Below are positions 60,284 to 64,000 of a stretch of DNA of 64,000 nucleotides, in pieces. The stretch lies in assembly GCF_009914755.1 (NCBI RefSeq), contig NC_060928.1; one strand, 5' to 3'. A program made the translations under genes and the position numbers. How positions within the stretch are numbered: position 1 is the first letter of the stretch; the number at the start of each line of letters is the position of its first letter. The notes under the pieces are model-generated. The model saw nothing but the letters and a program-made list of their open reading frames with translations. It searched no databases and was not told where the DNA came from. Source of the DNA: the human T2T-CHM13v2.0 reference genome, Homo sapiens.

Positions 60284-61867
60284 ATACGCTGGACATTAAA
60301 GATGCTCCACTGTTGCACCTGGACTTGCAGCAGTGCATCCTCGCTGGTGGGCATTTTCCTGGGTCAGATGGTCCTGCCGAGCTGCTTTTCAGCTTTGGTA
60401 GGGTGGGTCTGGTGCAGCCTTTACTCTAGGGCCAGGAAGCCAACTCCCAATGCCTGGCATTCTTGCTGGGCACCCAGGCCTCCAGCTCTGGCTGGTTGGG
60501 ATGTGAATGACTCTCAGCAGCGTGTCGCCTCCGGGCTGTCCTTAGCTCCAGTCCCTTCATTCAGAGATGTCCTCCGTCAGGCCTCATCTTGCCTTTCACG
60601 TGGGCAGCTCAGTATCCAGAAGCCCTTAGAAGACCTTCCATGCGTTTCTGAATCTCTTCTCTGTGCAGCTCCCTCCTCTCTGATCCTCTGCCCTGCAAAT
60701 CCCAGCTGCCTCAGTCTCCCCAGACTGACCGAGCTCAGTGAGACCCCTGTGCTCTGCCTAGGCTCCACCTGCCCATCCTGGGTCCAGAAAGTGCCTCCAG
60801 GCAGAAGTTAGGGAGAGCACAGGGCACAGTGTCACAGCCTGTGGCCCAGTGTCTGCAAACAGCCGCTTTGTCGATTTTGCCCAGCTTGATAGTCGTGTAT
60901 GGTAGGAATGCTTGTCCTGTGCATGTTCATTTGTCATGGCAGAAGCAGAAGGTCAAGTGCATGTTTTCCGCTGCACAGAAGGGGGCATTCTGCACTCCTT
61001 GTTCCTCTCTGTTGTCCCTGAAGGCCGCGTCCTGGAGAGCAGGCGCGGGAGAGCGCGTAGAGAGGACTGCTTCCTCCTCACGGCTGCCTGGTGCCCATCG
61101 CATGGCCGCACCCTGGTTCATCTGACCAGGCCCTTGCTGAAGGACAGCTGGGATGTCTCCGTTGTTTTGATACTGCTTATAATGCCATAACAAACGCCCT
61201 TGGGCGTATGTGATTTCCTACATTGGAGGCGGCTGCTTCAGGCGATACACCTGTACTTTGCTCATAGGTGGCTGGATCTTCCCTGCGCACTGCGGCACTT
61301 TGTGCCCCGCAGGAATGGTACTGTCGTGTATGCTCCAAGCGGTGGGAGACAGGGCCCACTTCTCCGCACAGCTGCCTGCAGAGCACGTGGTCAAGCCCCA
61401 GGGCAGCGCCCACTGATGGGGAAGAAGCGGTGTCTCCAGGCAGCTCCCAGGCACCCTTGTTAAGTGAGGTCCCTCTGATGGCTTCTGTTTGAGGGTGGTC
61501 TGCATGTCTGCGTGTCTCTCCGACCTGCCTGTTGACATCTTTTATGTCCCTTTTGTTCTGATCAGGTTTTGGTCTTTTCCCCTCCCTGTTTTTATCAGAG
61601 CTCTTTCTGCGTTAGGGAGATCAGCCCTTTGACCGTGACATAAATTGTGGATTTTTCCCCTCTGTGTTGATCATGTGTGTTTTAACTTTGTTTATATTTT
61701 GCTTTTTGGCATGGTCTCAATTTTTTGTATGTAATTATAACATTCACACATCAATATCATCAGTATCTTCCATGATTGCTTCTGACTTTGGAGCCACAGT
61801 TATTCCCGCTCTTAGATTATAAAAAATTCACACGCTGCAAATTCCTTGGGATCATTTGTAGTTTCAT

Positions 61868-62022
61868 TTCTTCTTTTCTTTCTTTCTTTCTTTCTTTTTT
61901 TTTTAAAAATAGAGACGAGGACTCCCTAAGTTGCCTAGGCAGGTCTTGGACTCCTGGGCTCAAGCGATCCTCCCGCCTCAGCCTCACGAAGTGCTGGGAG
62001 GCGTGAGCCACTGCGCCAGGCC
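61868..62022 (-). mobile_element. FLAM-type Alu monomer
   Basis: Single antisense arm with a T-rich tail. Confidence 0.8.
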
Positions 62023-63059
62023 CTGTGGTTTCATTTTTTACATTTCAATCTCTGATCCATTTGGAGTTGACTCTGGGATATGCCATAAAGTCAGATCCCA
62101 TTCTATCTTTTCTAAATGTTTATCCAGTTGTTCTTATAATGCTGAGTTTCACTTGGGCTCAGCACAGGCTTGCTTGTAGCCCCTACTGTGTGTTCTGGAA
62201 AAAGGCTTCCTGAAAGGAGCCCCTTCCTCGAGGGACTCAGGCAAGACTCACGATGCCCCCTGGTTTACCAGGGGCAAGGCCAGCCCCAGACCCCCCAGCC
62301 CCTCTGCCTGGTGAATGATCCATGGGACTGCTCCTCCCACTGAGGTGATGGCCCCACCGCCCCCAGGAGCTCTGCCTCTGAGGACCCTCCAGCCCCTCGA
62401 AGACTGTGCAGGAAGGACAAAGCCCCTGCCTCAGTGCCATCCGGACAAGAGGAAGGTGGCAGGTCCAGGAGGAGCCTGTGGGGTGGAGGAGGCTGGCGGG
62501 GGGGTCACCTTGCGAGGGGCAGGCCGCAGACACCTCAAGAGCCAAGCTGAGGGTCAAGCTGTGGACGCTGGAGCAGAAGGGAGGGGCGGGAAGGCTCCGC
62601 TAGACTCGGGGGCCCGGTGCAGGTGTCCAACAGGGTCGGGAAGGCCTGGGCTATGGGGTGAGGCTGGGGAAGCAGAGTCCAGAGTGGGGTCAGGGAAGCT
62701 GAGTCAGGCAGGGGAGGGGCACCCGGGCCTGGCAGGACAGGATACGGGCTGAGGGGGCAGGCCCCAGGGATCCGGTCTCAGGACGAGCTTTTCCAAAGGT
62801 GTCTTCCATGTGCAGCTGGCCCTACACCCAAGGTCACTTTCTATCCTGCAGCCGGAAGGTGTCCAATCCATCGGAAGGCAGGGTCAGTTCTGACGGATCC
62901 AACTGGCTGGTCCCTCGCGGCTCAGTTCAGCTGCTCTCAAAACTTCCTGACTGACCCCTGGGTTAGTTGACACAGGCCGGGGGACCTGAGGCTCCTGCAA
63001 CAGAGCTGGTGTGCGGGGCAGGTGGAGGTGGGGCTGATGGCTGCCCCTCTGCTTTAGGA

Positions 63060-63225
63060 CAGAGTGCAAGGTGGCCAGGAAAACATGCCACAGACCAGGG
63101 GCTTTCACCACGGAAATGAATCGTCTCCCAGTTCTGGAGGTCAGAAATCCGAGGTCAAGGTGTCAGCAGGGATGGTTCCCTCCTGGGTCTGCAAGGGAGA
63201 GCGTTTCCCAGGTGCAGCTCCTGGG
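63060..63225 (-). mobile_element. MLT1 LTR fragment
   Basis: cagttctggaggtcagaaatccgaggtcaaggtgtcagcagggatggttccctcctg. Confidence 0.85.
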
Positions 63226-63649
63226 ATGACTGGCTGCCCTTCCCAGCTACGTGTGCTGGACGCAGCCTGTGAGGCAGCAGCACTGCTCCCATGGCCTCAG
63301 CCCCAGAGCTGGGGTTCAGAAAGGCCGAGTCTTCCAGAAGGTTGCACAGCGTTTTGGGGTCCAAGCAGGTTTCCATCACGAGGCCAGCACCTGAAACGCA
63401 GAGCTCCATGATTGGGTGCTGTGCCAAGATGTGTTTGTCAAACCTGACACATCTTTTTAAGAGGTTACAGAACTCTGCTCCCAATGGCTCTGATGCTCTC
63501 ACGGAGACGCTGGGACCCAAACTGAGAGAGTAGGAGAGAGAGGTTGCCAAGGAAACCTGCCCAGAGATGCAGCTGGCAACATTAGCGCCCATCACTTTCA
63601 CAAGCCTGTGGTGTGGAAGTCAGGCAACCACAGGGCACATGCACCTGCT

Positions 63650-64000
63650 GGGGGTGTGCACACATGAACATATATGTATGCGTGTGAGCAGGTGTACACG
63701 TCTGTGTGTGAGCAGGTGTGGACATGTATATGTGTGTGTGAGCAGGTATGCACGTGCCTGTGTGTGTGAGCAGGTATGCATATATGTGAGCAAATGTGCA
63801 CATGAGTATGTGTGCATGGCAACAGGTGTGCACATGTGTATGCATGTGGGCAGGTTGCACTTGTGTCTGAGTGTGAGCAAGTGTGCACATGTGTATGTGT
63901 GCATGTGAACAGATGTGCACGTGTGTGAGAGCAGGTGTGCATATGTGTGTGAGAGCAGGTGTGCATGTGTCTGTGTGTGAGCAGTTGTGCGTGTGTGTGA
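63650..64000. repeat. (TG)-rich array with a recurrent gtgagcaggtgtg motif
   Basis: Direct inspection. Runs off the window end. Confidence 0.93.

Overview
Primate genomic DNA, very likely human or great ape, since it carries a full-length SVA and AluY/S/J elements. It is GC-rich with a subtelomere-like character. I find no convincing protein-coding gene, RNA gene or CRISPR array, and I cannot name the locus. Every long ORF in the track comes from a tandem repeat or transposon. The window is a mosaic of Alus, old L1/L2/MIR fragments, ERV/MaLR solo LTRs, DNA-transposon relics, several VNTRs and large GGAT/CCAT and CA/TG arrays. The most informative structures are: (1) an SVA with two nested sets of target-site duplications (TSDs), indicating a ~1 kb 3' transduction inserted into a MER4 LTR; (2) two non-Alu ~140-160 bp inverted duplications with arms 1.0-1.3 kb apart; (3) three motif-rich VNTRs (30, 78 and 31 bp units); (4) a chimeric AluY/AluS marking a probable recombination deletion. 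Repeat family names come from my recall of consensus sequences, not from a database search.
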